From Squalus acanthias (lineage: Eukaryota): a stretch of 64,000 nt of DNA. Made by a program: the position numbers and the translations under genes. Where the stretch lies: NCBI GenBank assembly GCA_030390025.1, contig CM059431.1, forward strand, positions 135,906,001 through 135,970,000, read 5' to 3'. Shown piece after piece: positions 37,388-50,032 of the stretch. The stretch's first letter is position 1; each line of letters starts with the position of its first letter. The notes below the pieces were generated by a model, which had not been told where the DNA came from, searched no databases, and saw nothing but the letters and a program-made list of their open reading frames with translations.

Positions 37388-38555
37388 ATGGGGGCTGTAC
37401 TGGCACTGGACTTCGCCTTCCAGCATCACAGCGGAGGCAGAGACAAAGACTGCAAAATGTGGCCAGAGGGAGGAGGGCCAACAGGGCTCTCAACAGGAGG
37501 CCTTACCCTCCCAGGGTATTCCGGAAGCACTTCTCCTACATTCATCTCTCAGAGGAGCAGTGTCTTAGAAGGCTCCGTTTCAGCAAGGAGGTGGTCACAG
37601 AGCTTTGCCACCTCCAGCAGCCAGACTTCCAGTCTCAGCTGAGGACCAGGACGTCTCTCTCAGTGGCAGTTAAGGTCACAGTCACTCTCAATTTCTACGC
37701 CAGCAGTTCCTTCCAGGGGATATTGCAAACATTTCACAGTTCGCCATCCATTGCTGCATCTGGGAGGTAACAACGCTCTCTACAGAAGGAGAAGGGAGTA
37801 CATCTCATTCCCCATGACCAGAGAGAAACAGGATGAACGCTCATGTGGCTTTGCAAGGAGAGCGGCCTTCCCTATGGTTCAGGGCGCCATTGACTGCACC
37901 CACGTGGCATTGCGGGCACCTCATCACAATGCAGAGGTGTTCCACAACTGCAAAGGCTACCACTCTCTGAATGTTCAGTTGGTGTGCGACCACAGACAGC
38001 GCATCCTCGCTATCCTGGCAGCAGCCATGATGCATTCATCCTGCGATGGACCGGTGTCCCAGCACTGTTCCACCCACGACATGAAGCTCGCGGCTGGTTG
38101 CTCGGAGACAAGGGTTATCCACTCGCCACCTGGCTGATGATACTCCTCCGCAACCCCAACACTCCTGCTCAGCATGCATACAATGACAGCCATAGCGCCA
38201 GCAGGAACCTGATCGAACAGACTATCAGCATGCTAAAGCAATGGTTCCGCTGCCTTGACCGCTCTGGAGGAGCCTTGCAGTACGCCCCTTATCGAGTCTC
38301 TCTTTTCATCGTTGTGTGCTACATGCTGCACAACCTGGCCATTCTGAGGGCCCAGCCATTGGCACCAGGGATTGCAGGTCCACCTCAGGAGGAAGAAGAG
38401 GGAGAGGAGGAGGAGGAGGAGGCAGAGGAGGAGGAGGAAGAGGGAGAGGAGGAGGAGGATGAAGAGGAAGACCAGCAGCAATGGAGGAGGGAGCCACTCA
38501 ATCTTGCTTCTGCAAGGGCCGTTCATGAGCGTCTAATTAGACACCGCTTTCAATT
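37388..38555 (+). pseudogene. Harbinger B transposase, several frameshifts
   Basis: GAIDCTH, HDAFI, LLGDKGY and RNLIEQTI motifs; long poly-Glu tract. Confidence 0.9.
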
Positions 38556-39693
38556 AATGATATATCACATGGCATTTGCGCAGCACAACCACATCATTAC
38601 ATCAAGCTCAATCCAGGGCATTCTGGAGGGGGAGGGTGAACAGCCAGTTGTCGTGGTGCATATAGGTACCAACGATACAGGTAAAAAACGGGATGAGGTC
38701 CTAAAAGCTGAATATAGGGAGTTAGGAGGTAAATTAAAAAATAGGACCTCAAAGTTAGTAATCTCAGGTTTGCTACCAGTGCCACGTGCTAGTCAGAGTA
38801 GAAATAGAAGGGTATTTCAGATGAATACGTGGCTAGAGGAATGGTGCAAGGGGGAGGGATTCAAATTCCTGGGACATTGGAACTGGTTCTGGGGGAGGTG
38901 GGACCAATACAAACTGGCGGTTTGCACCTGGGCAGGACCTGGACTGATGTCCTAGGGGGAGTGTTTGCTAGTGCTGTTGAGGAGGGTTTAAACTAAAATG
39001 GCAGGGGGTTGGGAACCTGTGCAGGGAGACAGAGGAAAGGGAAGCAAGGATAGAATCAAAAGACAGGAAGGAGAAAAGCAAAAGTGGAAGGCAGAGAAAT
39101 CAAGGGTGTAAATCAAACAGGGCCACAGTAAATAATAATTCTAAAAGGACTAAGAGTGGTAAAAAAAACAAGCCTGAAGGCTTTGGGGTAAAAATTCAGT
39201 TGGTTGCGCCTCCCGTTAGCGCCTTAAGAGGGCGCTAATGGGGCGCAAAGCCGCTAACGCCCGGGCGCAGCGATGTTTGCGCCGCTCGGGAACTTAACTA
39301 GAGATTGTGCAGCGGCGCTAAACCTTACCGCTGCGACCACCTGCGCGCGCAGATTATGACGTCATTCCATGGTGCAACGCCCTTGTGGCGCCCCGGAGCG
39401 CAAATTGAGTGGCGCCCCCTGCCTTACCGCCTGGCGCATCCAACGACCGGAAGACTGGAATGCTATCAATCGCTGTGGGGCTGGGGGTGGCGCTATTTAA
39501 AGGGGGCCTCTTCCTGTCTTTTTCTGTGGTCGACATTTTTGCACCACTCGTTCTGAGAGAGAGAGAGATTCGGAGAGAGAGAAAGAGAGACTTCTACATT
39601 GACTCAACGCTTTGTGAGGTAGTTTTGCCTATTGATCCTAACTTCGCTGGTACTTTAGTTGCTGTCCTTCATTACTTTGCTTGCAAAGAGAAT

Positions 39694-40854
39694 ATGGGGG
39701 CTGCACTGATTGGGGGCGTCGTCCTGCTCCAGCTGAATCGGAGGATACAGAGACGCAGAGAGAGAGTGGCAATGATGGCCAGACGGAGGAGGGCCATCAG
39801 GCGTATGTACAGGAGAGCTTACCCTCCCAGGGTATATCGTGAACAGCTCTCCTACATCCATATGTCTGAGGAGCTGTGTTTGCGAAGGCTGCGATTCAGC
39901 AAGGAGGTGGTCACTGAGCTCTGCCACCTGCTGCAGCCAGATCTGCAGCCTCAACTGAGGTCCAGGACGTCTCTGTCGGTGGCAGTGAAGGTCACAGTGG
40001 CTCTGAACTTTTACGCTACTGGCTCATTTCAAGCTGCTGCTGGGGACCTCGCCAATATCTCCCAGTTCGCGGTGCATTGCTGCATCCGTCAGGTCACAAA
40101 TGCCCTCTTTAAAAGGAGACGAGAGTTCATCTCTTTCCCCATGACCCCAGACAAGCAGCGTGACCGCGCTCTGGGCTTTGTGAGGGTAGCGGGCTTCCCC
40201 ATGGTGCAGGGCGCCATTGACTGCACGCATGTGGCTTTGCGTGCTCCGCATGAGAATGCCGAGGAATTCCGGAACAGAAAGGGGTTCCATTCCTTGAATG
40301 TCCAGTTGGTCTGTGACCACAGACAGCTGATACTCGCTGTCAATGCCCAGTATCCTGGCAGCTGCCACGATGCTTTTATCCTGCGCCAGACTACTGTGGC
40401 AGAACTTTTCGAGGCACCGCATCAGCCAGTTGGTTGGCTTCTCGGGGACAAGGGGTATGCATTGAGCACCTGGCTGATGACACCGCTCCGTACGCCCAAC
40501 ACCCCTGCTGAGCTGCGGTACAATGAGAGCCATCAAGCTACCAGGAACACCGTGGAGCGCACAATCGGCATGCTGAAGCAACGGTTCCGCTGTCTCGACC
40601 ATTCTGGAGGAGCCCTGCAGTACTCGCCTGAGCGAGTATCGAACTTCGTAGTCGTGTGCTGCATGTTGCATAACATGGCAATCCTCAGGACCCAGCCAAT
40701 GCCACCAGGCCTTGGAGCACCACCAGAGGAGGAGGAGGAAGAGGAGGAAGAGGACGCGGAGGATGATCATCAGCAGCACCAAGGCGGGAGGGCAGCCCAC
40801 AATGGTCAAACTGCAAGGGCCGTCCGTCAACGGCTAATAGCAAGCCGCTTCTAG
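39694..40854 (+). CDS. Intact Harbinger DDE transposase (~386 aa)
   Basis: Uninterrupted frame MGAALIGG...RLIASRF* with GAIDCTH, HDAFI, GDKGY and RNTVERTIG; TATTTAAA box at ~39494 upstream. Confidence 0.92.
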   Translation: MGAALIGGVVLLQLNRRIQRRRERVAMMARRRRAIRRMYRRAYPPRVYREQLSYIHMSEELCLRRLRFSKEVVTELCHLLQPDLQPQLRSRTSLSVAVKVTVALNFYATGSFQAAAGDLANISQFAVHCCIRQVTNALFKRRREFISFPMTPDKQRDRALGFVRVAGFPMVQGAIDCTHVALRAPHENAEEFRNRKGFHSLNVQLVCDHRQLILAVNAQYPGSCHDAFILRQTTVAELFEAPHQPVGWLLGDKGYALSTWLMTPLRTPNTPAELRYNESHQATRNTVERTIGMLKQRFRCLDHSGGALQYSPERVSNFVVVCCMLHNMAILRTQPMPPGLGAPPEEEEEEEEEDAEDDHQQHQGGRAAHNGQTARAVRQRLIASRF

Positions 40855-41148
40855 GGCCCCTGCCATTGCTAACAACATTAATGAACCCAGCACGCAACCC
40901 CTAAGCCGGCCAAGGCACCAATAATTCCAACCACCAACCATGTATATTTTGAATACAGAAACTTATTTATTTTACAAACTCTGTGTGTGTCAATTCCTCA
41001 TGACAAACTCATAGAAATAAACACAAAAAAACAGTCAATAACATAACTGGTTCTCACAACCTGGAGATAATGTCCAAAACACTAAACAAAAGTTGGACCA
41101 TGAACCTCGACCTTTAATAAAAAAATGACCAGCATTTTGTCACACCTC

Positions 41149-42973
41149 CTACTTTTTGCCCTTCGAGGGTGATCTCCTTCCCTTGCGCACTTCCCCCCTT
41201 CTAACCCTACTGCTCCTCCGTAATGAGACCTCAGTGGCTGCAGCAAGGCTGGTGGAAGGCTGCTGCTCGTCAGACCCTGACACTGCAGATGCCCCTGAAG
41301 GACGGCCTCGACCACTTCTGGGCCTGGAGGGCCCGGCTGCAGACTGCACCAACTCTGCATGGGCGGCAGCAGTCTGTCCTACAGGCGGTGGCAAGTGCAG
41401 TGGAGAAGTGACAGTGTTGGCAGCAGGAATGCTGTCATCGTGAGAGAGGACAGCAACTCCCTGCTCGCCCGACACACTGGCACTCCCATGGGGCAGCACT
41501 TCAGCATCCGGAGCAATCTGCTGGAGAACAGATTGCTGGCCTGCTGCGGCGCGGTGACAGCCCCGGGGACATGTGCACGAACCATCGAGGTTGGCAGCAG
41601 TCTGTGCTCGCGTGGCCTCAATCTGAGTCTGTATGAGAGCAGTCAGAGATGGGATCACGGCAGCCAGTGACTGAATTGCAGCACTAAGCGTTAGTGTGGC
41701 ATCCGCCTGTGCTACAGCGAAGTGCTCCACACTCCTTGCCAGTGACTCAATGCATTCGGGCACCCTTCCCACTGCACCCATGAGCTCAGTGTGCATGCCC
41801 ACCGCCTGGGTGTTCATTTCTGCGATCAGCCGCTCCTCCTCTGCGTCCATTGCAGTAGGAGTGTCTGGCATACTCTCCCTCTGGGGAGAAGGCCCCCGTT
41901 CTTCCCTACCCCCCCCCCCCATGGCGTTGCTGCAGCCTGCTGGGTCCTGGAGCTTCACCCTCATCAGACCCTTCCCCCCTGCTCCCCTCCAGGGAAGGCG
42001 TGTTCCCAGTGTGGGCATGGGCTTCCTCGGGAGAGGGTGGCACTGATGCTCCGGCTTCCTCTTCCTCCTCAGCTGCAGCATCACTCCCAGTGGCAGCTTC
42101 AGGGCCCGTCTCCTCAGCTGGTGAATCACCATCTGAAAGCAGGGAGGTACAAGAGTGGCTTTAGCGTGAGGACAGGGTGGCAGTAAGGGAGGAATAAGTG
42201 CAGCGAGTTAGCAAGTTGGATTGAAAGTGTCAAAGGCTGGTGTTGTGAGGGACAAGTGGAAGGACAGAGGACAAAAAGGTGATGACCTTACCATTGCTGT
42301 CCAGAACGGGGTCGGCGTCTCCAGTGGCGACGGGACCGATCACCCGGCTTGCCACAATCCTCTGGACGCGCTCCTCCAGATCGCTGAGGGGTTGCAGCTG
42401 AGGCCGACCTCCACCTGTCCGTTGCTGCTGTCTCCGATTATGCGCCAGCTTGGCCTGTAAGAAAAAGGACAGCATCTGAGTAAATATACAGCCATGGTCT
42501 TGCCTGATGTGCCTCCCATAGGTGAATAGCCCTTACTGTATACAGCCATGGTCTTGCCTGATGTGCCTCCCATAGGTGAATAGCCCTTACTGTATGCAAA
42601 GTGTGGAATGTGTGTGTGTTTCATGAAAGGGCCATAGGTGTTGGATGAGTGTTGTGCATTGGGGTTTTAAGACCCTCTGGCCATAGAGTGAGGTTGAGAT
42701 GGAGGGATGGAGAGGTATTGAGAAAAAGCCACTCACCCTGACGACCCGAGTGAGGTCGTTGAACTTTTTGCGGCATTGAGTATGGGTCCTGGGCACCATG
42801 CTCCTGGAGGAGACGCTCTGAGTCACCTCCCTCCACACTGTTCTGAACTCGCGTGGCAAAGGCCTCCTGCCACTCTCAGGGAAGAGCATACATCTTCTGC
42901 GCTTGACCGCGCCAACCAGAGCATCCAAGGCCCGCTCGGTGAAGCGATGAACGCGTTCTCTCACCCTCTCCAT
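41149..42973 (-). CDS. Harbinger Myb/SANT-like protein, 3 exons (42973-42737, 42454-42292, 42132-41149), single +1 frameshift at C12 run
   Basis: GT-AG sites conserved; spliced length 1384 nt (3n+1); C12 at 41909-41920 versus C5 in other copies. Confidence 0.8.
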
Positions 42974-45283
42974 CCTTGGCAGCAAAATGGATTCACAGGT
43001 CTCTCCAGGCCGAGATTCAAGGCTGCAATGAGCAGGGTGTGGCTGGGGAGCAAGTTGGCCCCCCCCGCTTTAAGAAGTGGCCGGCACCAGTGTGTCTGTG
43101 TTCCCTCGCTAACTGGCAGCAGCTGCGCTGCGCTCGCGCGCTGAGTTAGCGCCTCACTCCTTGGCCTTTGCGCCTTAAGACAGGTGTGCAGCGCCTGATT
43201 TAGCGCTCCACTCACCTCCCGGGGCGGTAAAAGTGAAGTTTCCAGTCAGTGCCGACAATTAGCGCCAGGCACTAATATTTGCGTCCAGACGATATGTGCG
43301 CCCCAAATGGGGCGCGACCTAATTTTTACCCCTTTGTGTCTTAATTCGAGGAGCATTTGTAATAAGGTGGATGAATTAGCTGCGCAAATAGATGTAAATG
43401 GATATGATATAATTGGGATTACGGAGACATGGCTCCAGGGTTACCAAGGCTGGGAATTCAACATCCAGGGGTATTCAATATTCAGGAAGGACAGGCAAAA
43501 AGGAAAAGGAGGTGGGGTAGCATTGCTGGTTAAAGAGGAGATTAACACAATAGTAAGGAAGGTTATTAGCTCTGATGATGTGGAATCTGTATGGGTAGAG
43601 CTGAGAAATACCAAGGGGCAGAAAACATTAGTGGGAGTTGTATACAGACCCCCAAACAGTAATGCTGAGGTTGGGGATGGCATTAAATGGGAAATTAGAG
43701 ATGCGTGCAATAAGGGCACAGCAGTTATCATGGGTGACTTTAATCTATATATAGATTGGGCTAACCAAATTAGTAACAATACTGTGGAGGAGGAATTCCT
43801 AGAGTGTATACGAGATAGTTTCCTGGACCAATATGTCGAGGAACCAACTAGAGATCAGGTCATCTTAGACTGGGTATTATGTAATGAGAAAGGATTAATT
43901 AGCAATCTTGTTGTGCGAGGCCCCTTGGGGAAGGGCGATCATAATATGATAGAATTCTTCATTAAGATGGAGAGTTAAGTAGTTGACTCAGAGACTAGGG
44001 TCCTGAATTTAAATAAAGGAAACTACGATGGTATGAGGCGCAAGTTGGCTAGGATGGACTGGGGAGCATTACTTAAAGGGTTGATGGTGGATAGGCAATG
44101 GCAAACATTTAAAGATCGCATGGATGAACGACAGAATTTGTTCATCCCTGTTTGATATAAAAATAAAACAAAAAAGGTGACTCAACCGTGGCTAACAAGG
44201 GAAATTAGGGATAGCATAAGATCCAAGGAGAGGGCACATAAATTGGCCAGAAAAAGCAGCAAACCTGAGGATTGGGAGCAGTTTAGGATTCAGCAAAGGA
44301 GGACAAAGGGATTAATTAAGAGGGGGAAAATAGAGTATGAGAGTAAGCTTGCAGGGAACATAAAAACTGACTGTTAAAGCTTCTATAGATATGTGAAGAG
44401 AAAAAGATTGGTGAAGTCAAGCGTAGGTCCCTTTCAGTCAGAATCAGGGGAATTTATAATGGGGAACAAAGAAATGGCCGACCAATTAAATACATACTTT
44501 GGTTCTGTCTTCACAAAGGAGGACACAAATAACCTCCCAGAGATGTCGGGGAACATAGGGTCTAATGAGAGGGAGGAATTGAATGAAATCAGTATTTGTA
44601 GGGAAATGGTGTTAGGGAAATTGATGGGATTGAAGGCCGATAAATCCCCAGGGCCTGATAATCTACATCCTAGGGTACTTAAGGAAGTGGCCCTAGAAAT
44701 AGTAGATGCATTGCTGGTCATCTTTCAAAATTCTGTAGACTCTGGAACAGTTCCCATGAATTGGAGGGTAGCTAATGTAACCCCACTATTTAAAAAAGGT
44801 GGTAGAGAAAAAACGGGGAATTATAGACCGGTAAGCCTGACATCGGTACTGGGTAAAATGCTAGTGTCCATTATAAAAGATGTAATAGCAGAGCACTTGG
44901 AAAACAGTGACAGGATCGGAGAAAGTCAACATGGATTTACAAAAGGTAAATCATGCCTGACTAATCTACTGGAATTTTTTGAGGATGTAACTGGTAGAAT
45001 AGATAAGGGAGAACCAGTAGATGTGATGTATTTGGACTTTCAGAAAGCTTTCGATAAGGTCCCGCATAAGAGATTAGCGTGCAAAGTTGAAGCACATGGG
45101 ATTGGGGGTTAGGTACTGATTTGGATAGAGAACTGGTTGGCAGACAGCAAGCAAAGAGTTGGAATAAACAGGTCTTTTTCCGAGTGGCAGGCAGTGAGTA
45201 GTGGGGTACCGCAGGGATCGGTGCTAGGACCCCAGCTATTCACAATATATATTAATGATATAGACGAGGGAACTAGATGCAAT

Positions 45284-46045
45284 GGGCCAGAAATTCGGCA
45301 CTTGCCGGGTGAGTACGCACTGTGTACTTACCCGTAAGGCCAGCTGAAGTGTCGGTTTCCTGCATGCACTGCGCATGCGTGGGAAACCGCAACATCCGTT
45401 CCCCTGAAGGGAGGGGTTCAGAGGTGAACCGTGTGCGTGGGAGAGGCTGCGCACACGCAGCGAATTTCGGGTTTTTTTCAGGTTTCTCCGGGAAGGTAAG
45501 TATGGAAGAAGCTGCGCTTTTAAAAAGGAGGCGCAAGACCCATTTTTAACAAGGTAAGTGGTTAATTAATTACAATTTAAAAAAAATTTCAACAGGTTTA
45601 TCTTTTTTAGATACTTTAAAGAAAGTTAAGTTTATTTTTAGCACTGTTAACAAGTATTTTAATTTTTCAAAATTGTAAATATTTGTTTAAAGTAGTTAAT
45701 TTATTTAACTTAGTTATTTTAAAAATGTGATGGTTTTTTTTTAATTTATTTGAAGTTTAGGTGTTGTTTTGGGGCCGATTTCAATTCATAGATTTGACAG
45801 GTCTTCCTGTCAAATCTATGAATGAAAAATGGTCTGCTGCCATTGGCTCCCCATGGCCCACGTGATCCCAGGGGACGCATCGCACTAACTACGCCACTGG
45901 GATTCACAAGCACTGCGCACCGGCAGCTGCAGGAGGCCCAGGAGCTGAAGTCCCCGTGGGCCCAGAGGTCAACGGCAGGCGCGGTAGGTAGGTGCGCGTG
46001 TGATCCTTGCACCCGCGGGAAGCCAGGGAGCCGAATTTCTGGCCC
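45284..46045 (+). mobile_element. Hairpin-family MITE within the CR1 RT domain
   Basis: Perfect TIR GGGCCAGAAATTCGGC; AAT/ATT flanks; colinear with 11953..12717. Confidence 0.92.
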
Positions 46046-46196
46046 ATTACTCTAAGTTTGCAGATGACACAAAGCTGGGTGGGGGTGTGTGCTGTGAGGA
46101 GGATGCAGAGAAACTCCAGTATGATTTGGACAGGTTGGGTAATTGGGCAGATGCATGGCAGATGCAGTATAATGTGGATAAATGCGAGATAAATGC

Positions 46197-47720
46197 GAGT
46201 AGGCCAATCGGCCCCTCGAGCCTGCTCCGCCATTCAATAAGATCATGGCTGATCTGATCCTAACCTCAAATCTAAAGAACACAAGAAGTAGGAGCAGGAC
46301 CCGGCCACTCAGCCCCTGGGCCCGCTCCGCCACCCACAGGGCCTTGACCGATCCAAACTCAGCCTCATGTCCTGCCCGCTCCCCGTAACCCCTAATTCCC
46401 TTTACTTCTAGGAAACTGTCTATTTCTGTTTTAAATTTATTTAATGATGTAGCTTCCACAGCTTCCTGGGGCAGCAAATTCCACAGACCTACTACCCTCT
46501 GAGTGAAGAAGTTTCTCCTCATCTCAGTTTTGAAAGAGCAGCCCCTTATTCTAAGATTATGCCCCCTAGTTCTAGTTTCACCCATCCTTGGGAACATCCT
46601 TACCGCATCCACCCGATCAAGCCCCTTCACAATCTTATATGTTTCAATAAGATCGCCTCTCATTCTTCTGAACTCCAATGAGTAGAGTCCCAATCTACTC
46701 AACCTCTCCTCATATGTCCACCCCCTCATCCCCGGGATTAACCGAGTGAACCTTCTTTGTACCTCGAGAGCAAGTATGTCTTTTCTTAAGTATGGACACC
46801 AAAACTGTATGCAGTATTCCAGGTGCGGTCTCACCAATACCTTATATAACTGCAGCAATACCTCCCTGTTTTTATAATCTATCCCCCTAGCAATAAAAGC
46901 CAACATTCCGTTGGCCTTCTTGATCACCTGCATACTAACTTTTTGATTTTCTTGCACTAGGACCCCCAGATCCCTTTGTACTGCAGTACTTTCCAGTTTC
47001 TCGCCATTAAGATAATAACTTGCTCTCTGATTTTTCCTGCCAAAGTGCATAACCTCACATTTTCCAATATTGTATTGCATCTGCCAAATCTCCGCCCACT
47101 CACCCAGCCTGTCTATATCCCCTTGTAGGTTTTTTATGTCCTCCTCACTTTCTACTTTCCCTCCCATCTTTGTATCATCTGCAAACTTTGATATGTTACA
47201 CTCGGTCCCCTCCTCCAAATCGTTAATATAGATTGTAAAGAGTTGGGGACCCAGCACCGACCCCTGCGGAACACCACTGGCTACTGGTTGCCAGTCCGAG
47301 AATGAACCATTTATCCCAACTCTCTGCTTCCTGTTAGATAACCAATCCTCCACCCATGCCAGAATATTACCCCCAATCCAGTGATTTTTTATCTTGAGCA
47401 ATAATCTTTTATGTGGCACCTTGTCGAATGCCTTCTGGAAGTCTAAATACACTACATCCACTGGTTCCCCTTTATCCACCCTGTACGTTATGTCCTCAAA
47501 GAACTCAAGCAAATTTGTCAGACATGACTTCCCCTTCATAAAGCCATGCTGACTTTGTCCTATTAAATTATGTTTATTTAAATGTTCCATTACTGTCTCC
47601 TTAATAATAGACTCCAAAATTTTACCCACCACAGATGTTAGGCTAACTGGTCTATAATTTCCAGCCTTCTGCCTACTACCCTTTTTAAATAAGGGTGTTA
47701 CATTAGCAGTTTTCCAATCT
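46197..47720 (-). mobile_element. Young 5'-truncated CR1 with an open RT frame
   Basis: ORF 46052..47725 carries the full RT motif set. Confidence 0.92.
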
Positions 47721-47817
47721 AACATAACTATTCATAAAGAAACACAACAATATAATTACAAACACAAACACACACTACCCCCATTTGCTGCTAAAGTATT
47801 CTTTACTCCCCCTTCTT

Positions 47818-49676
47818 CAATGATTTCCCTCCCCTTTTGAGTTCCCCCTCCCAACCCTACAGTTCCCCCGTAATGTGGCCCCAGTGGCTGCAGCAAGGCT
47901 GGTGGAAGGCTCCTGAATCTGGGAGCCAGAGACTGCAGATGACCTTGCAGGATGCCCTCGACCAGCTCTGGGCATGGAAGGCCTGGCTGCAGACTGCACC
48001 ACCTCAGCATGGGCTGGGATGGCTGGGTTACAGGCTGTGACAAGTGCAGTGGCGGATTAGCAGTGGTGGGAGCAGGAATACCGTCATCCTGAGAGAGGAC
48101 AGCACCTTCCTGCTCAACCGACACACTGCCACTCCCTCGGGGCATACCCTCAGCATCCAGAGCAATCTGCTTGAGCACAGATTGCTGGCCTGCTGCGGCA
48201 CCGTGAGATCCCCGGTGGACAGTGGACGACCCTGCGATGATGGCAGCAGTCAGCGCTTGCGTGGCATCAATCTGAGACTGCATGAGAGCAGTCTGAAACT
48301 GGATGCCACCAACTACTGACTCCATCACAGCACTAAGCCATTGCGCTGCTTCGGCCTGTACTGCAATAGCTGCTGCCACCTCACCCATGACACGCGGCAT
48401 AAGGTCTGGGTCCCCACGGTCACTATGCGAGTCGACCATCCTTTCCAAACTGTCAAGGATGGGCTCGATGGTGTGAGCAGAGCTGAGTGCAATGCTGGAG
48501 GTGGACTCCTCCACGCTCCTTGCCAGTTCATCCATGCTCTCGGGCACCCTTGCCATTGCCTGCATGAGCTCGGTGTGCATGCCCATCACCCGTGTCGTCA
48601 ACGCCTCCACATCGAGGTCGTCATTTGAGTCCTGTGCAGCAGAACTCGCGCACGAACTCACCCTCTGGGGAAATGGCCCCCGAGCTTCCCTTTCCCCGTG
48701 GCGTTGCTGCAGCCCGCTGGGTCCCGTAGCTTCACCCACATCAGACCCATCTTCTCGGTTCCCCTCCAGCGACTGCATCGCCCCATTATCGGACCTCGCA
48801 TCTTCAGGAGACACAGGCAGTGAGGCTCTGGCTTGTTCTTCCACCTCCTCTCCCGCGTCACTGCCACTGGGCAGCTGAGGGACAGGCTGTTCAGCTGGTG
48901 GCTGATTATCTGAAAGCATAAAGGCACAAGAGTGGGTTAAGGTCAGGGAAGTGGGGCAGGAAGGGGGCAAGGAATGAAGACAGTATACTTAGATGGAAAG
49001 TGGAAAGGCTTGTGGTGTGAGGGGGAAGTGGTATGAGAGAAGAGGGAGAGGTGATGAGCATACCGTTGTTGTCCCCAAGGGGGTCGACGTCTCCGACGGC
49101 CACAGCACCCACGACCTGGGCCCCAATGATGCTCCCTACTCACTACTCCAGGTCTGTAAGGGGGTACAGGTCCACCTCACCTCCTCACGTTCGTACCTGC
49201 TCCCTCCTGTTGTGAGCAAGCTTGGCCTCCAAGAAAAAGGAAAGCGTGTGAGTGAGTGTGCAGCTATGTGTTTGGCAGATGTGCCCACCATAGTTGAATG
49301 GCTGTTAATGTATGCAAGGCGTGAGATGTGCATGTCACTTTTAGAAGGTGGGCATAATTGGTGGGTGAGTGTTGGAGATGTGATAGATTATACAGTCTGT
49401 GCACAGAGTGAGGTTGAGATAGTGGCATGTAGAGGTTTATGAAGCATCTACTCACCCTGACCACCCGAGTGAGGTCGTTGAATTTCTTCCGGCACTGTGT
49501 CGGAGTTCTGGGGACCACACTTCTGGCCAACACATGCTGGGAGACCTCCCTCCACATCCTCCTAAAGGTCTGTGGCAATGGCCTCCTGCCCATCAGTGTT
49601 CCACAGCCGTGACCAGAGCCTACAAGGCGTGGTCGCTGATCCGGCAAGCTCTCTCTCTGAGCCTCTGATCAGCCAT
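47818..49676 (-). pseudogene. Harbinger B Myb/SANT-like gene, 3 exons, degenerate
   Basis: RTPTQCRKKFNDLTRVVR|GT at 49456; exon 3 homologous to family A. Confidence 0.85.
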
Positions 49677-50032
49677 CAGTTATTGAATGAAGGCTTGCAG
49701 TTCCTTGCAGGCCCAGTTCACAAGCAGCAATGATCAGAGTGAGGCTGTGCAGCATGATTGAACCTCCCCTTTAAGAACTGGAAGGCGCCAGTCTGTCTGA
49801 GGACTCTCTAATTGACAGCATTGGAACTTGATTAGTGCTCTGAAGGTAGCGCCCCCGCTCTGCGATGTTAGCGCCCTAAGAGAAGTGTGTAGTGCTCGAT
49901 TTTGTGCTGCACTTCCCTCTTTGGGCACTAAAACTCAATTTCGCATTCGCCGGAGCTACTTAGCACCTGGCACTAAAGTTAGCGCCCAGGCAATGTTAGC
50001 CCCCCAAAATGGTCGATACCGAATTTTCCCCC

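Larger units (their letters stand above)
39185..43332 (+). mobile_element. Harbinger family A copy 2, near-intact autonomous element (4148 bp)
   Basis: Matching TIRs GGGGTAAAAATT at both ends; perfect TTT TSD; flanks rejoin to GAAGGCTTTGTGTC as at 33175. Confidence 0.97.
38612..46190 (+). mobile_element. 5'- and 3'-truncated CR1 carrying Harbinger A copy 2 and a MITE
   Basis: ORF1 esterase end; ORF2 pieces in ORFs 43307, 44177 and 44393. Confidence 0.9.
36946..50032 (+). mobile_element. Harbinger family B element expanded to 13 kb by nested insertions
   Basis: Left TIR GGGGGAGAAATT, right AATTTTCCCCC; transposase in the left arm and convergent Myb gene in the right arm; contiguous CR1 flanks with a CTC/TC duplication. 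Confidence 0.8.

Noticed and set aside
37984..38955. Transposase-esterase fusion ORF (323 aa)
   Set aside because: Chance read-through from a frameshifted Harbinger pseudogene into a truncated CR1 ORF1; both parts are broken.
39409..39693. N-terminal extension of the 481-aa transposase ORF
   Set aside because: Starts at GTG upstream of the TATA-like box and is not open in copy 1; the ATG at 39694 is the likelier start.
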